64,000 nucleotides of DNA, from NCBI GenBank assembly GCA_038087875.1, contig CM075980.1, forward strand, positions 15,252,001-15,316,000, read 5' to 3'. This stretch comes from Malacoraja senta (taxonomy: Eukaryota). The notes beneath the pieces are model-generated. The model was not told the DNA's origin. It did no database searches and worked only from the letters and a program-made list of their open reading frames with translations. How positions within the stretch are numbered: the stretch's first letter is position 1; each line of letters begins with the position of its first letter. Shown one piece after another: positions 63,250 to 64,000 of the stretch. The translations under genes were made by a program, and so were the position numbers.

Positions 63250-63587
63250 ATGTATAAAGTCATGAGGGCATTTGACAGGGTGAGTGCTCAGTCTTTTCTC
63301 CAGGGAGGGGAATCAAGAATTCAAGGGCTTAGGCTTAAGGTGAGAGGGACCTGAAGGGCAACATTTTCCCTCAGAGTTGTGGGTATATGGAACGAGCTGC
63401 CAGAGGAAGTAGTCGATGCAAGTACAATAACAACATTTAAAAGACATTTGAACAGGTACATGGATAAGAAAGGTTTAGAGGGACATGGGCTGGGAGCAGG
63501 TAAATGGAACTAGCTTGAATGTTGCATCTTAGTTCGCGTGGACAGGTTGGGCCGATGCGCCTGTTTCCATGCTGTATGACTCCATGA
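63250..63587 (+). mobile_element. CR1-type LINE 3' fragment
   Basis: gtataaagtcatgagggc..ttaaggtgagaggg..tggaacgagctgccagaggaag, followed by the tail. Confidence 0.85.
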
Positions 63588-63599
63588 CAACCAGTTTGT

Positions 63600-63760
63600 C
63601 TATCGACCCTCCACTTGCTGGCATTGATTGGCTGCCTATTGAGCAGTGCCTTGAATCTGAAATCCGATTCATGATGGGGATAGCTCATCCCTATCACTGG
63701 CACCTCCTCCCATCCCATAACACGCCAGGATCTCTGGCCTCTGGATCATTCCTGAATGTA
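63600..63760 (+). mobile_element. Ancient L2-like ORF2 relic
   Basis: PLAGIDWLPIEQCL..GIAHPY..HNTPGSL resembles L2 LxxLHWLPVxQRL..GLAPPYL..RSLRS. Confidence 0.5.
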
Positions 63761-64000
63761 ATTGTTTCCGGATTGGTGCTTTTGCCTGCAGCTGCCAATA
63801 ATTCTTTCCATTAACCTTTGCTTCTCGATCGCTGTTTCCTCATTTATGGCACTCTGCAAAACGTGTCTCTTTGATCAACCCTTGGTTCCCTCTGTGGATC
63901 TGTCGAACGAGAGGCTGGTGGGGTGGGCGTGGAACCCTAGACTTTCTCTGGCGGGTAGGACAGAGGTTGAGAGCAGAGGTGTGGGACGTAGATGAACACT

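Overview
Repeat-rich vertebrate genomic DNA, very probably from a cartilaginous fish (skate/ray-like). This is inferred from recalled repeat families: HE1-type V-SINEs, CR1 3' ends, Rex1/Babar and L2 relics, and Penelope-like elements. I recognise no host protein-coding exon, so the window looks intronic or intergenic; the ORF-track entries are chance ORFs, N-gap artefacts or transposon debris. There are two assembly gaps. The main signal is a dense population (about 20 loci) of Penelope-like terminal repeats carrying a minimal hammerhead ribozyme motif (CUGAnGA-A-stem II-GAAAC-GUH). Nine cores are intact, and they occur as TSD-flanked solo inserts, inverted pairs, one tandem pair and one four-segment composite. 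Helix I is weak in most copies, so catalytic activity is unproven. Also present: an internally deleted Tc1 element, a Harbinger-like MITE, a 965-nt G-free minisatellite, two apparent template-switch scars and several TAAT-rich candidate enhancers. Family names come from recalled motifs, not database searches. Boundaries of old repeats are approximate.
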